DNA of 64,000 nucleotides from Thermoplasmata archaeon (GTDB lineage: Archaea > Thermoplasmatota > Thermoplasmata > Lutacidiplasmatales > UBA184), in NCBI GenBank assembly GCA_036404475.1, contig DASWZL010000107.1:77001-141000 (forward strand), given 5' to 3'. Below are positions 1-8,871 of this stretch, piece after piece. Under the pieces are notes generated by a model, which was not told where the DNA came from, did not search any database, and saw only the letters and a list, made by a program, of their open reading frames with translations. The position numbers were made by a program, and so were the translations under genes. Position 1 is the first letter of the stretch. Every line of letters begins with the position of its first letter.

Positions 1-376
1 GGCTCGAGCCCTGGCCGTGGAGCCGGCGGTCCTGCTCATGGACGAGCCGTTCAGCTCCCTCGACCCGCTCACCGCCGAGAGCCTCCGAGAGGAGGTTCTC
101 CAGCTCTGGCGGGACCCCCAGCTCCCCCCCGATGCCGTGCTGCTCGTCAGCCACAACATCGAGGAGGCGATCCAGCTGGCGGACCGAGTGATCGTTCTCT
201 CTCGGCGACCCGGTCAGATCCTCGCCCAGGTCGAGGTCGACCTTCCGAGGCCCCGGGACCGGAAGTCCACCGCGTTCTACGACCTCACCGACCGCGTCTA
301 CTCGCTCATCACGGAGGGAGGAACCGCTTTTGCGTCCCGGACCCGACCCGCGGAAGGGTCTGCCCCTGCCGGGTAA
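1..376 (+). CDS. ABC transporter ATP-binding protein, NitT/TauT-like, 5'-truncated at window edge
   Basis: Translation contains 'LLMDEPFSSLDP' (Walker B/D-loop) and 'LLVSHNIEEA' (H-loop), reads in from the window start, and stops with TAA at 374-376. Confidence 0.8.
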   Translation, partial: ARALAVEPAVLLMDEPFSSLDPLTAESLREEVLQLWRDPQLPPDAVLLVSHNIEEAIQLADRVIVLSRRPGQILAQVEVDLPRPRDRKSTAFYDLTDRVYSLITEGGTAFASRTRPAEGSAPAG

Positions 377-421
377 GACTTATAGAACGGTTCTTGGTAG
401 GGTCGACTCCTGGGGACCGAC

Positions 422-1042
422 GTGCCGACGACCTTCCCGAAGTGCAACCCAACCGAAATGATGGGGTTGCTGGTCCTCCTGAACTCCCACAAGGGTTCCG
501 AGGACGTAGCCCTCCTCGCGGACGACCTCGACCTCGAGATCGACGAGATCTTTCCCGCCCTCGAGTTCGCCGAGGTCCTCCAGCTCGTGAAGGTCGTGGA
601 CGGGCGGGCCACCTTCACCGATCTCGGGAAGAAGCTCATGGGCGGTTCGATCCGGGACCGCAAGGCGATCATCCGCGACCAGCTGCGCAAGACGACGCTC
701 TTCAAGACCCTGCTCCACGCCCTGGAAAGCGCGCCGGAGCACTCGCTCTCCGACGAGGACCTCGGCCAGATCGTCTCCTTCACCACCGCCCCGGCCGACG
801 AGGCGGTGCAGAACATCGTCAACTGGGGACGCTACGCCGACCTCTTCCGCTACGATTCCGCCGAGCAGCGCCTGATCCTGACACGACGTTCGTCGACCGG
901 AAAGGGCAGCTCAGGTCAGTCCCATCCTCCCTCACCTCCCGCGATTCCAGGGGAAGGCTCCTCGTCGGGTTCGAGAACGTCGGCCCCGGGCTCATCGGGA
1001 CCCGAAATCCGGACCGCGGTGGTACTGACCGCCACGAGCTGA
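422..1042 (+). CDS. Hypothetical protein resembling the C-terminal AAA-associated domain usually fused to NitT/TauT ABC ATPases
   Basis: Same frame as the upstream ATPase but separated from it by three in-frame stops. The call rests on domain resemblance only. The C-terminal ~50 aa are Ser/Gly/Pro low-complexity and may be an ORF over-extension. Confidence 0.45.
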   Translation: MPTTFPKCNPTEMMGLLVLLNSHKGSEDVALLADDLDLEIDEIFPALEFAEVLQLVKVVDGRATFTDLGKKLMGGSIRDRKAIIRDQLRKTTLFKTLLHALESAPEHSLSDEDLGQIVSFTTAPADEAVQNIVNWGRYADLFRYDSAEQRLILTRRSSTGKGSSGQSHPPSPPAIPGEGSSSGSRTSAPGSSGPEIRTAVVLTATS

Positions 1043-1176
1043 GCTCGACCCTCCCTTCGGGACCAAGAATCCCTCAGACTCGCTTTCACATAGCTCGGTC
1101 CGTTCTCTCGCGCCCGCCGGTATCCGCGACCATCCGACGCGCGGCGAGGCCATCCCACGGCGAGGACGAGTTTCCA

Positions 1177-1190
1177 AAGGACTTAAGGGG
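1177..1190 (+). promoter_or_regulatory. Possible archaeal BRE/TATA element for tRNA-Ala
   Basis: 'caaagg' followed by 'acttaagg', centred about 27 nt upstream of the mature tRNA 5' end. The match is weak and based on consensus only. Confidence 0.25.
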
Positions 1191-1212
1191 ACATCCCTAT
1201 CCCCGCCTCCGC

Positions 1213-1284
1213 GGGCACGTAGATCAGCGGAAGATCGCTGCTTTCGCAAAGCAGAGGTCGGGGGTTCAAATCCCCCCGTGTCCA
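1213..1284 (+). tRNA. tRNA-Ala (anticodon CGC)
   Basis: Manually folded cloverleaf:
- acceptor GGGCACG/CGTGTCC with a G3:U70 wobble (the Ala identity element);
- D-arm GATC-AGCGGAA-GATC;
- anticodon stem CTGCT/AGCAG with loop TTCGCAA (CGC at 1245-1247);
- variable loop AGGTC;
- T-arm GGGGG-TTCAAAT-CCCCC;
- discriminator A.
No encoded CCA, which is usual for archaea. Confidence 0.85.
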
Positions 1285-1326
1285 CTAGTGTCTAAACCCA
1301 TTCGGGTTCAAACCCCCCTGGAGCTC
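1272..1326 (+). repeat. Direct repeat copy 1 (tRNA-Ala 3' end from the T-stem onward plus ~40 nt of 3' flank); att-like
   Basis: 'ccccccgtgtccactagtgtctaaacccattcgggttcaaacccccctgg' recurs at 3180-3234 with about 43/55 identities. Confidence 0.6.
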
Positions 1327-1645
1327 GGCCTTTCCTCCGAGATCCAAAGACCGGCTCCATGACGGAATGGTCATGGGCATGATGAGTGAATCCTCAGGGG
1401 CGTTCCAACCGCCCTCTGGAAGAGGGGGATTTGTCACAACACTCTTGCCTGGCGCTCTTTGAGGCCTTCTATGGGCTATCCCGACCGACCACCCACCTGG
1501 GTGAAGCGAGCCGGTATGTGGTGGACGGCGTGCTCGCCCTACAGACTGTCCCGAGGGCAGGGCGGCTCCTGCGACCGCTTCTCCCGTTCCTCGCACGAGC
1601 CGACTGGGCCTTAGCGTTCGATCCCGATGTATCACAGCGTGGCGA

Positions 1646-2680
1646 TCAATGTATCGCGAGCGGGTGCTCGCCTAACAAGTCATCGAGACGATACCCCTCA
1701 ATCGACCCCTCATACTCCTTCAACAAAGCCGCAACCATTTTTGCCGCCTCGACAGGGTATTTCCCGATGGCGGTCTCCGCAGCAAGAACCAAGCCATCCG
1801 CTCCATCCAGCAGGGTGCTAATGACATCGTTCACCTCCGCCCGCGTCGGGGTGCGCCTCGTAACCATGGATTCCAGTAGATTCGTAGCGACGTAGACAGG
1901 GGTTCCCAGCGCGTTTGCCTTGCGAATGATCCACTTCTGGAGTAACGGAATGGCCTCGAGTCTGACCTCTCGGGAAAGATCGCCTCGGTCGATGATAATG
2001 CCGTCCACCTTCTGCGCTATTCCCTCCAGATTCCGTACGCCTTCTCGACTTTCGATCTTGGCGATGATGGCGTCTTTTGGCCCTATCATCTCTCGGAGCC
2101 GGTCTACGGCACTCGGATGGTCGCAAAAGGAAAGATGAAACACATGGATTTGGTTTTGAACTGCGATTTGGATGGCGAAGAGGTCCTTTTCCGAGAAGGC
2201 AGATAGTTGCGGCGAAGGAAAGGCGGTGACGGCCTGGTGCGATTCTATCTCACCTCCCGTGACGACCGTGGCCTCGGCGGCGCCACCGCCTACCCTGTCG
2301 ATTCGGAGAATGACCGAGTCAAAACCGATGCTCATCCGCGTCGCAGGCCTGAGCTCTCTGACGGCACTTCCTGGGGTGAGCGGGATGGTGGATGCGTCGC
2401 CCTTGATCGCCTCGGAAACCAAGCGCACTTGGTCCCCCTCACGAACCGCTACCCCGTCGTTCACAACGCCCGTCCGGATCTGCGCTCCTTCAGTATCAAT
2501 GGCAATGGGCACTTGGGTGCACTTCTGGATGAAATGGACGACACGTTCTAAGTCGGCAATGTCGGTGTGCGACAAGTTGATTCGGAAACTCGTGACGCCC
2601 GTCGCTTCGAGTTGAGAGATCACCCCCTCTTTCAGCGAGCTGGGGCCAAGAGTGCAGATCAACGTTTTTTGGGCAGGCAT
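1646..2680 (-). CDS. pyk: Pyruvate kinase-like protein with A (TIM barrel) and B domains only, no C-terminal domain
   Basis: Pyruvate-kinase motifs 'ICTLGPSS', 'SFRINLSHT', 'IAIDTEGAQIRTG' and 'MVTRRTPTRAEVNDVISTLLDGADGLVLAAETAIGKYP'. The product is 344 aa and stops where the C-domain would begin. Confidence 0.75.
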   Translation of the reverse strand: MPAQKTLICTLGPSSLKEGVISQLEATGVTSFRINLSHTDIADLERVVHFIQKCTQVPIAIDTEGAQIRTGVVNDGVAVREGDQVRLVSEAIKGDASTIPLTPGSAVRELRPATRMSIGFDSVILRIDRVGGGAAEATVVTGGEIESHQAVTAFPSPQLSAFSEKDLFAIQIAVQNQIHVFHLSFCDHPSAVDRLREMIGPKDAIIAKIESREGVRNLEGIAQKVDGIIIDRGDLSREVRLEAIPLLQKWIIRKANALGTPVYVATNLLESMVTRRTPTRAEVNDVISTLLDGADGLVLAAETAIGKYPVEAAKMVAALLKEYEGSIEGYRLDDLLGEHPLAIH

Positions 2681-3179
2681 CTGTTACCTCTCCGAGTTCG
2701 TGAGCGTCCGGGGTTACCCGTGTTCAGCCACCACCGAGTGGTACCGAACTTCCAGCAGCCAAGATTAACTTTAAGGATTTGGCGAGAGCGGAGCGTGACT
2801 GAAACCTCCTCTCCACACGGGGACGATCCTGGTCTTCTCATCCTTGAAAGTGTGTGTAACTCCAATCGTACTTGCCCGCGGGTTGCTTCAGGGAGCTTCG
2901 GAAACAATCACGTTGCGGGCGAGGTGAAGATGCGCGAAGGTGACGCGTTCTTTAACGAGAGATCCCACAATCGAGCGTTCGAACCGATTTCTAACAACGG
3001 GGTTGTATAGTAGGGGATTTCCCGCCGTGGAGGAATGGTTCCCAGACTGCGGTCCTCCGGTCGATGTGGATCGCTCCGTCAACCCCTTCTCGCAGACTCG
3101 CCTCTCGAAGTGGGACGGCGGTCGAAGGCCCGCCTGGACCAGGTCTTTGCCTCGGTTTTGAACCCTTAACGGTCTGATG

Positions 3180-3234
3180 CCCCCCGTGTCCATTAGTATC
3201 TAAACCCATTCCCGGCGAAATCCCCCTGTGGCTG
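3180..3234 (+). repeat. Direct repeat copy 2 (partial copy of the tRNA-Ala 3' end plus flank)
   Basis: 'ccccccgtgtccattagtatctaaacccattcccggcgaaatccccctgtgg'. It is not preceded by a complete tRNA. Confidence 0.6.
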
Positions 3235-3399
3235 CTCCTCCCGGTGGGTGTGAAACCGTCCGCGGGAGGTTGGTGAAGGGAGCGCGCGATCGATGACGAA
3301 CCATTCTGAGGCGGGGTCGCCCCCTCAGCGGAATGCTTGGATCAGCGGGTTCTGCGCGTGTATGCGTTCCAATAGGGGCCGTCGGCTCACGGACGACCG

Positions 3400-4089
3400 C
3401 TAGCCGCGGTTGCGGATTCCCTTCCTGGTCACGGCGGGAATGGATACGACCTGAGGTAGGTTCACCAGTCCGAGGAAAATCAGAATGACCCCGATGAACT
3501 CCGAGTAGTAGAGTGCGACGGGGAACGAGGCGATGTAGAGCGCCCCTCCACCGGCCAGAACGCACGCTCCAACCCCCATCATCAACGTCTGCCAGTTCCA
3601 TCGCCTTCGCAACGCGACGACGACCGCGCCGAGCAGGACGAATGTCGCGGGCACCGTGACCAGAGAGGAGAGGAGGATCAACAGCAGGGGGGGGTTTCCC
3701 GAGACGACGCCCGCGGAGACCATCGTGCTCGGCATGGAGGTAGTGAAGCTGAAGACCGCGATCACCCCGCACGCCGCGAGTATGTAAGCCGTGTAGCCGA
3801 GCTCGAAGCGACGGCTGCGAAGGACCCGAGTTGACCCTAAGGAGAGAACGCCGACGATGGCGGCCGAGAGGAAGACGTACGTCTGGAGAAGGAGACCGTT
3901 AGCGAACCCGGCGTACACCACCAGCTCCACCGCCGTGGCGAGCGAGGCGAGCCCGAGCCCGGCACCCCACATCAGCTGAGTTCGGGACCGGGCCCGGAGG
4001 GAGCGGAGGAGGCCGCGCGCCGACAGCCCTCCGAGAATCGCAGTGAGGGCGGCCAGCGATATTGGAACCCCGAGCGAGACCGCGTCCAT
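3400..4089 (-). CDS. Polytopic (~7 TM) membrane protein of unknown function, paralogue A
   Basis: Hydrophobic helices throughout. About 55% identity to the product of 34175-34867, with a shared C-terminal block 'YIASFPVALYY(S/A)EF(I/V)G(V/I)'. Start taken at the internal ATG ('MDAVSLG'); the ORF upstream of that is Arg-rich junk. Confidence 0.6.
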   Translation of the reverse strand: MDAVSLGVPISLAALTAILGGLSARGLLRSLRARSRTQLMWGAGLGLASLATAVELVVYAGFANGLLLQTYVFLSAAIVGVLSLGSTRVLRSRRFELGYTAYILAACGVIAVFSFTTSMPSTMVSAGVVSGNPPLLLILLSSLVTVPATFVLLGAVVVALRRRWNWQTLMMGVGACVLAGGGALYIASFPVALYYSEFIGVILIFLGLVNLPQVVSIPAVTRKGIRNRG

Positions 4090-4117
4090 CCCCCCTCCCG
4101 AGCGCCGCGGGCCCTCC

Positions 4118-5755
4118 CTACGGTGTCGTCTTGCCAGCCTCGGGCGTCGCCTTGGGTTTGGTCCTGCCGTTGCTCCGTACGGGCGGGACGGACTCACCGT
4201 CCAAGAATTTCTCGGGCACTCCGCGGAACACGGCCACCATCGCCGCGAGGATGAACAGGCCCATCAGCACGAACCCGACGTTGAACAGCCAGTACGCCCA
4301 GCTCCCCTGCTGCCAGTCGAGGAACGAGTAGTAGTACCCCCCCACCAGCGCGAGCAGGATCGACAACATCGCGAACCCTGCAATCGGAGTTCGACTGCCC
4401 CGTTGGCCCACGTAGAAGTCCACGGCGAGCAGGGCCATGCAGATGGCGGGGATCCCGATGAGGGCGAAGTACTGCAGAGCCCCGAACGTGAGGTCCTGCG
4501 GAGCGCCGGAAAGGGACGCCTCGTTGAACTCGATGTAGAATCCCATGATCGGCGTCGCGATGAACGCGAAGATCCACGTGGCGAGGATCGACGCCCGCAC
4601 GGGGTCTCGCCACGTCGGGGTTCCTCGCGCCCTCATGAAGAAGAGGGGAACGAGCACGATCATCGCCCCGATCGCTGCCCACAGCATCGTGGTGTCGTCG
4701 CTCGCCATGCCGTTCGCGGCGGTGTACGAGTAGAACTGGATCGACCCCCCGGGGTCGCTCGCGAACAAGAGCGGAGGGACTCCGTTCGGGAATACGGTCG
4801 TGTACGTCTCAAGGAAGAACATGATGCTGAGAGCGATCACTCCGGTGATTGCGACCCAGAGCCCCACCACGGAGACGGTCCGCTTCCAGCCGGTGGAGTG
4901 CAGGACTTCGAACCGCTGGGCGGTGACTGCCACGATGCCGAGGATCAGACACATCACGATCGCGTGGGAGTGGGACCCCATCGCCGACCCAAGGACGGCC
5001 GAGGGCCCGCCGAGCCAGTTGACGTACCCGCTGAGCAACCCCGGGGACTGGCCGATGTCGATCACAAAGTAGTTCATCCAAAACACGACGAACCCGGTAA
5101 TCCCCGCGATGAACGTCCCGATCACCGTCACGAACGTGAGCCAGTACGCCGAGTCCATCTTGCGGAACTGCTTCCACGAGGGGAGGCTCGCCCATCGGGG
5201 AATCATTCCGAACATGTTCTTGTCCGGGTCGTACGTCCCCTCCATTTTGGCGGGAAGGAGGTACAGCTCGACGAGCAGGGCACCGCCCACATCGGCGAGA
5301 AGGATGAGGCCCGTGAGGATGAGGGCGAGCGGGATTGGGGCGAGCTGTTGGTTGAACACCGGCCGCAGGTAGAAGAACGCGCCAATCGCGGCGACCACGT
5401 TCGCGACGAGCGCGCGGTACGAGAGAGGGAAGTCGATGGGGGGCTCGTACTTGTCGAGATCGAACGCCATGAAGACGAGGTAGACCCCGAGCGCAGCAAA
5501 CCCGATCGCGATCGAATGGAAGTAGAGGTCGGAGGCGCCGAACGAGAACGTGGGAGGGATCGTTCCCTGGGCGTCCGGCGAAAGTCCCAGCACGAAGTAG
5601 AGAAGGGACATCACTCCGATGATGAGCAAAGTGATCCAGACGTACGTCTTCTGAGGGTGGAGGTATCCTCGCTTGGTCATCAGATACCGGCTCGCCGGCT
5701 TCAACTTCGGTGCGGTCGGCGCCGGGGCTGGGTCGCTCGTCGCTTCAGGTGCCAT
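4118..5755 (-). CDS. Large polytopic membrane protein (545 aa, ~14 TM), unknown function
   Basis: Long ORF with regularly spaced hydrophobic helices and no in-frame stops. The opposite-strand 612-aa ORF (4043-5881) is Arg/Glu/Asp-rich and low-complexity, typical of GC-derived noise. No heme-copper-oxidase His motifs (GHPEVY, HHMF) are present. Confidence 0.65.
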   Translation of the reverse strand: MAPEATSDPAPAPTAPKLKPASRYLMTKRGYLHPQKTYVWITLLIIGVMSLLYFVLGLSPDAQGTIPPTFSFGASDLYFHSIAIGFAALGVYLVFMAFDLDKYEPPIDFPLSYRALVANVVAAIGAFFYLRPVFNQQLAPIPLALILTGLILLADVGGALLVELYLLPAKMEGTYDPDKNMFGMIPRWASLPSWKQFRKMDSAYWLTFVTVIGTFIAGITGFVVFWMNYFVIDIGQSPGLLSGYVNWLGGPSAVLGSAMGSHSHAIVMCLILGIVAVTAQRFEVLHSTGWKRTVSVVGLWVAITGVIALSIMFFLETYTTVFPNGVPPLLFASDPGGSIQFYSYTAANGMASDDTTMLWAAIGAMIVLVPLFFMRARGTPTWRDPVRASILATWIFAFIATPIMGFYIEFNEASLSGAPQDLTFGALQYFALIGIPAICMALLAVDFYVGQRGSRTPIAGFAMLSILLALVGGYYYSFLDWQQGSWAYWLFNVGFVLMGLFILAAMVAVFRGVPEKFLDGESVPPVRSNGRTKPKATPEAGKTTP

Positions 5756-6034
5756 TGTCTTCCTCGGGCCCGCCGATTCGGAGGGCGCGTGCTTTCCGAC
5801 TACGTCGAATCGACGAGCCCGCGCGTCCGGAGGAACTCCCCCGGATGCGTTGCTGACCGTCGGTCGTCGATACTGACGTGACCGGCCTCAGTCCTCTCGC
5901 ACTAGGGCCTGAGGAAAAGTCGCTACGTGAAATCGACTTGACCAAGACATCATGTTCCGTTCGGGTGCCCTTTCTGGAACGAACACCCTTCGATGTCCTC
6001 GAGGGGGGCGAGAATCAATCGTCCGGGCGATCTC

Positions 6035-6985
6035 ATGGATTTGGTCGAGAGTCCCGGCAGGTTCGAGATTCCGACCGACCTTGCGGTAGCGGCCCGCGCT
6101 CCGACGCTGCCCTGGTGGGACAGTGTCCTGGCCTACGGCGAGTTGTTGAAACCGAGGATGGTCGCGCTCCTGGTCTTCACGGCCGCCGTGGGGATGGTGG
6201 TCGCGACAAGTTCCTACGGGCTGACCCTGAGCGTGGGGACGTGGGTCTCGGGACTGGTTGCCATCACTGCCGGTACCGCGGGCTGCAACGCCCTCACCGG
6301 CTACATCGATCGGGACATCGACCGTGTGATGGAACGGACCCATGACCGTCCCTTGTGCACGGGCCGGATTACTCCGGCCTCTCGGGCCGTCGCCCTCGGT
6401 GCGGGACTCCTCGGTGTGTCGCTCGTCCTCTCCGGGTTGCGGAACCCCCTCGCCTTAGGTTTGATGACGCTTGGAATCGTCGATAATGTTGTGATCTACA
6501 GCCTCTGGCTCAAGCGGACGAGTCGGTGGAACATCGTGCTCGGCGGTATCTCGGGCGGCATGCCCGTGGCCTTTGGTTGGGCCTACGCTTCCGGTACCCT
6601 GGGTCTGGCGGCGGTGCTTCTCGCAGCCCTGGTGATCCTGTGGACGCCGACTCACATCTGGAGTCTCGCCTTACGCTATCGGGAGGACTACACCCGGGCC
6701 GGAATCCCGATGCTGCCCGTTGTGACGAACGAAAGGACCGCGCTGCGATGTATGGTGGTAACGGGAGCGCTCCTCGTACCCTTCAGCCTGGCCCTTCCCC
6801 TCGCCACTCCCATCGCCGGCATCGGCTATGTATTGGTGGCTGGTGTGTTGGGGATTCCCCTCCTCGCGTTGAGCGTCTTGCTGTGGCTCCGGCCAACCCA
6901 AGCCGGCGCCTGGACTCTGTTCAAGTTTTCCAGTCCGTACTTGGCGATCGTCTTCCTTGCCTTGGTCGTCAGCGCCCTTTGGTGA
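6035..6985 (+). CDS. ctaB: Protoheme IX farnesyltransferase (heme O synthase), UbiA family
   Basis: 'LKPRMVALLVFTAAVGM' at the N-terminus, Asp-rich 'NALTGYIDRDIDRVMERTHDRP' (the UbiA NDxxDxxxD-like motif) and a second 'YREDYTRAGIPMLP' motif. About 8-9 TM helices. Confidence 0.85.
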   Translation: MDLVESPGRFEIPTDLAVAARAPTLPWWDSVLAYGELLKPRMVALLVFTAAVGMVVATSSYGLTLSVGTWVSGLVAITAGTAGCNALTGYIDRDIDRVMERTHDRPLCTGRITPASRAVALGAGLLGVSLVLSGLRNPLALGLMTLGIVDNVVIYSLWLKRTSRWNIVLGGISGGMPVAFGWAYASGTLGLAAVLLAALVILWTPTHIWSLALRYREDYTRAGIPMLPVVTNERTALRCMVVTGALLVPFSLALPLATPIAGIGYVLVAGVLGIPLLALSVLLWLRPTQAGAWTLFKFSSPYLAIVFLALVVSALW

Positions 6986-7227
6986 GATTGGGCGAGGGAT
7001 GGCCTTCTGGGCCAATGCGATCCCAGCGAGCCAGTACTCGTGAACAACGATCTCGGCTCGGTTCCACGATGGACCGGTCGGAATCGGCACTGAGAGCGCC
7101 GATTTGGAACGCGGGCGCACGGGGTGGGCCGACAGGTTGACGGCACGCGGCTCCCGCAGATCGCGCTCGGTTCTCACCCGCGGACGGCTGCCTCCGGGCA
7201 GAGCCGCAGGTCGGGCTCGGGGCCTTC

Positions 7228-7869
7228 CTACGACCGACTCACCGGATCACGTCGCGTACGGAAGTGCGGCGGAGCCGGGCCGGTCGTCTTGGGTTCTGCG
7301 GGGACGCGGGCTCGCCGGGAAGCGAACGGGGAGGAGGCACGAGGAATCCGCTCCGGGGCCCTTGCGCGGCTCGGTACGGTCGCGCGCACGAAGACTCCGG
7401 CTCCGAAGGCGCGCTCGTCGAAGAGCTTGACCGTTCTCGGACGGAAACGGAATAGCTTGGGAGCAAGCGCTCCCTCGGCCGCCGATAGCGGGAGTTTCCA
7501 GTAGGCGTGACCCGGAAACCGTCGATCGTATGTCCGCTCGGCATCCCGGGCCGATTGGCCCACCGCGACCCGCCCGTTGCCGAAGAGCTGTAGGCCGCGG
7601 TCAGGTCGTCCCCACGACTGATCGGAATCGAAGATCGCAATCGCCATCGAGCGGTTCGTCATCAGATTGAGAGCGTGGCGCGTATCCGGGTACGAGTAGA
7701 AGTAGAACTCGAGGTCGGGAGTGTAGGCGAAGTAGGCCGTATTGATGTGGGCTTCTCCTCGGGGAGTCACGGTCGCGATCGCGCAGAGGCGGTTGCGCTC
7801 GAGAATCCGGAACAAGCACCGCGATATCTTCGGGTCCTCGAGGGGACGTTCGATGATCTCGAGGCTCAT
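7228..7869 (-). CDS. Pyridoxamine 5'-phosphate oxidase-like FMN-binding (split-barrel) protein
   Basis: 'RNRLCAIATVTPRGEAHINTAYFAY' and 'LQLFGNGRVAV' resemble the PNPOx/general-stress split-barrel fold. The C-terminal ~60 aa are low-complexity and may be an ORF over-run. Confidence 0.55.
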   Translation of the reverse strand: MSLEIIERPLEDPKISRCLFRILERNRLCAIATVTPRGEAHINTAYFAYTPDLEFYFYSYPDTRHALNLMTNRSMAIAIFDSDQSWGRPDRGLQLFGNGRVAVGQSARDAERTYDRRFPGHAYWKLPLSAAEGALAPKLFRFRPRTVKLFDERAFGAGVFVRATVPSRARAPERIPRASSPFASRRARVPAEPKTTGPAPPHFRTRRDPVSRS

Positions 7870-8067
7870 TCCACAACCATGGGTCGGTACGCCGAGGCCG
7901 GTTATAAGAGCGCCTTAGGACAACATCCAGAGTCCAGGTCCGCTGCAGGCAGAACCACGGATCGCGGCGCCTCCGCCCCCAGCGTCCCCCCGGCCTCCGG
8001 ATTGCGTCAAACCGTGTTGAGCGGACGGTAATCAGGTCAGGAGTTAGTCAGGAGTTGATTCCTGCCC

Positions 8068-8520
8068 ATGCCCGTTGCTCCGACAATCGTCCTGACGGAG
8101 AAGGAGCGAACCCGACTCATAGAGGAGGCGCGCCACCGGTCACTTCCCCACAGGATTGTCTTGCGATTCCGCATCGTGCTGCGTGCTGCGGATGGGCGGA
8201 ACAATCGTGAGATTGCCGAGGAACTCAAGACGAGCACGGTCACGGTCGGCCTGTGGCGCCGTAGGTACGCCATCTCGGGCTTCGAAGGAATTCGGAAGGA
8301 CGCCCCCAGATCCGGGGGGAGACACCGACTCACTCCCACGCTCGTACGCAAGATTGTCGAAACAACGCTCAACACGGGTCTTCCCGGAGGCGGTCAATGG
8401 TCCTCCAGACGCCTTGCCGAACACTTGGGAATCAGCCATACGACGGTCCTACGAGTCTGGCGAGCTCACCGTCTCCGGGCGAAGCGGGCCTCGTTGGCCG
8501 CCCATCGGCTGCCGCCCTGA
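8068..8520 (+). mobile_element. IS630/Tc1-mariner family transposase, N-terminal HTH (orfA-like) fragment only; the DDE catalytic domain is missing, so probably a degraded IS
   Basis: 'LTEKERTRLIEEARHRSLPHRIVLRFRIVLRAADGRNNREIAEELKTSTVTVGLWRRRY' and 'GGGQWSSRRLAEHLGISHTTVLRVWRAH' match the homeodomain-like DNA-binding part of IS630 transposases. No DDE domain follows in any frame. The start is immediately preceded by a tandem 'gtcaggagtta gtcaggagttg'. Confidence 0.6.
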
Positions 8521-8682
8521 CTGCTCTTCTAATCGGGAGAAGCCCGCGGTGGCCGTGCTGGTGGCCAGTCGGGTCGATGCCCCCGTCGGGAACGATCCAC
8601 CCGGGACAAACCATGGCGTTCGGTACGACCGCGTTTTCCGGCAACGGCTGCGTCGGTTGCCATTCGCAGGGGCAGCGGTCGC

Positions 8683-8871
8683 CTACGGCTCTGCCTCTAT
8701 GTTCTTGATCTTGCGATCCGCACTATCCAATGCGCGATCGTCCTCTTTTGCCTTGATCTTGTCTGAGGCACGACCGGTCTCGTCGGCCGTGTTCGCGGCG
8801 TCTTCCCACCGAACGGCGGCCTCCGCCCTCTCCTGGTTCGCCGCCTCGAGACGCTTGGCTTTGTCGGGCAC
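8683..8871 (-). CDS. Small hypothetical protein (62 aa, Ala/Lys/Glu/Asp-rich, possibly coiled-coil) within a lower-GC patch
   Basis: Its composition differs from the GC-noise ORFs around it. No recognisable domain. Confidence 0.25.
   Translation of the reverse strand: MPDKAKRLEAANQERAEAAVRWEDAANTADETGRASDKIKAKEDDRALDSADRKIKNIEAEP

Noticed and set aside
1285-1635. 116-aa - strand ORF between the tRNA and the pyruvate kinase gene
   Set aside because: Arg/Gly/Pro-rich, no motif. The region is more likely non-coding att-flank DNA.
4118-5755. Considered calling the 545-aa membrane protein heme-copper oxidase subunit I because of its size, ~14 TM helices and adjacency to heme O synthase
   Set aside because: It lacks the invariant His ligand motifs (GHPEVY, HHMF, paired His in helices VI, VII and X) and has only ~6 His in total. 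It is left as unknown.
4043-5881. 612-aa ORF on the + strand, fully overlapping the 545-aa membrane-protein gene
   Set aside because: Extremely Arg/Glu/Asp/His-rich low-complexity translation ('HRREDEQAHQHEPDVEQ...'), typical of the antisense frame of a GC-rich gene. The minus-strand product has coherent TM helices.
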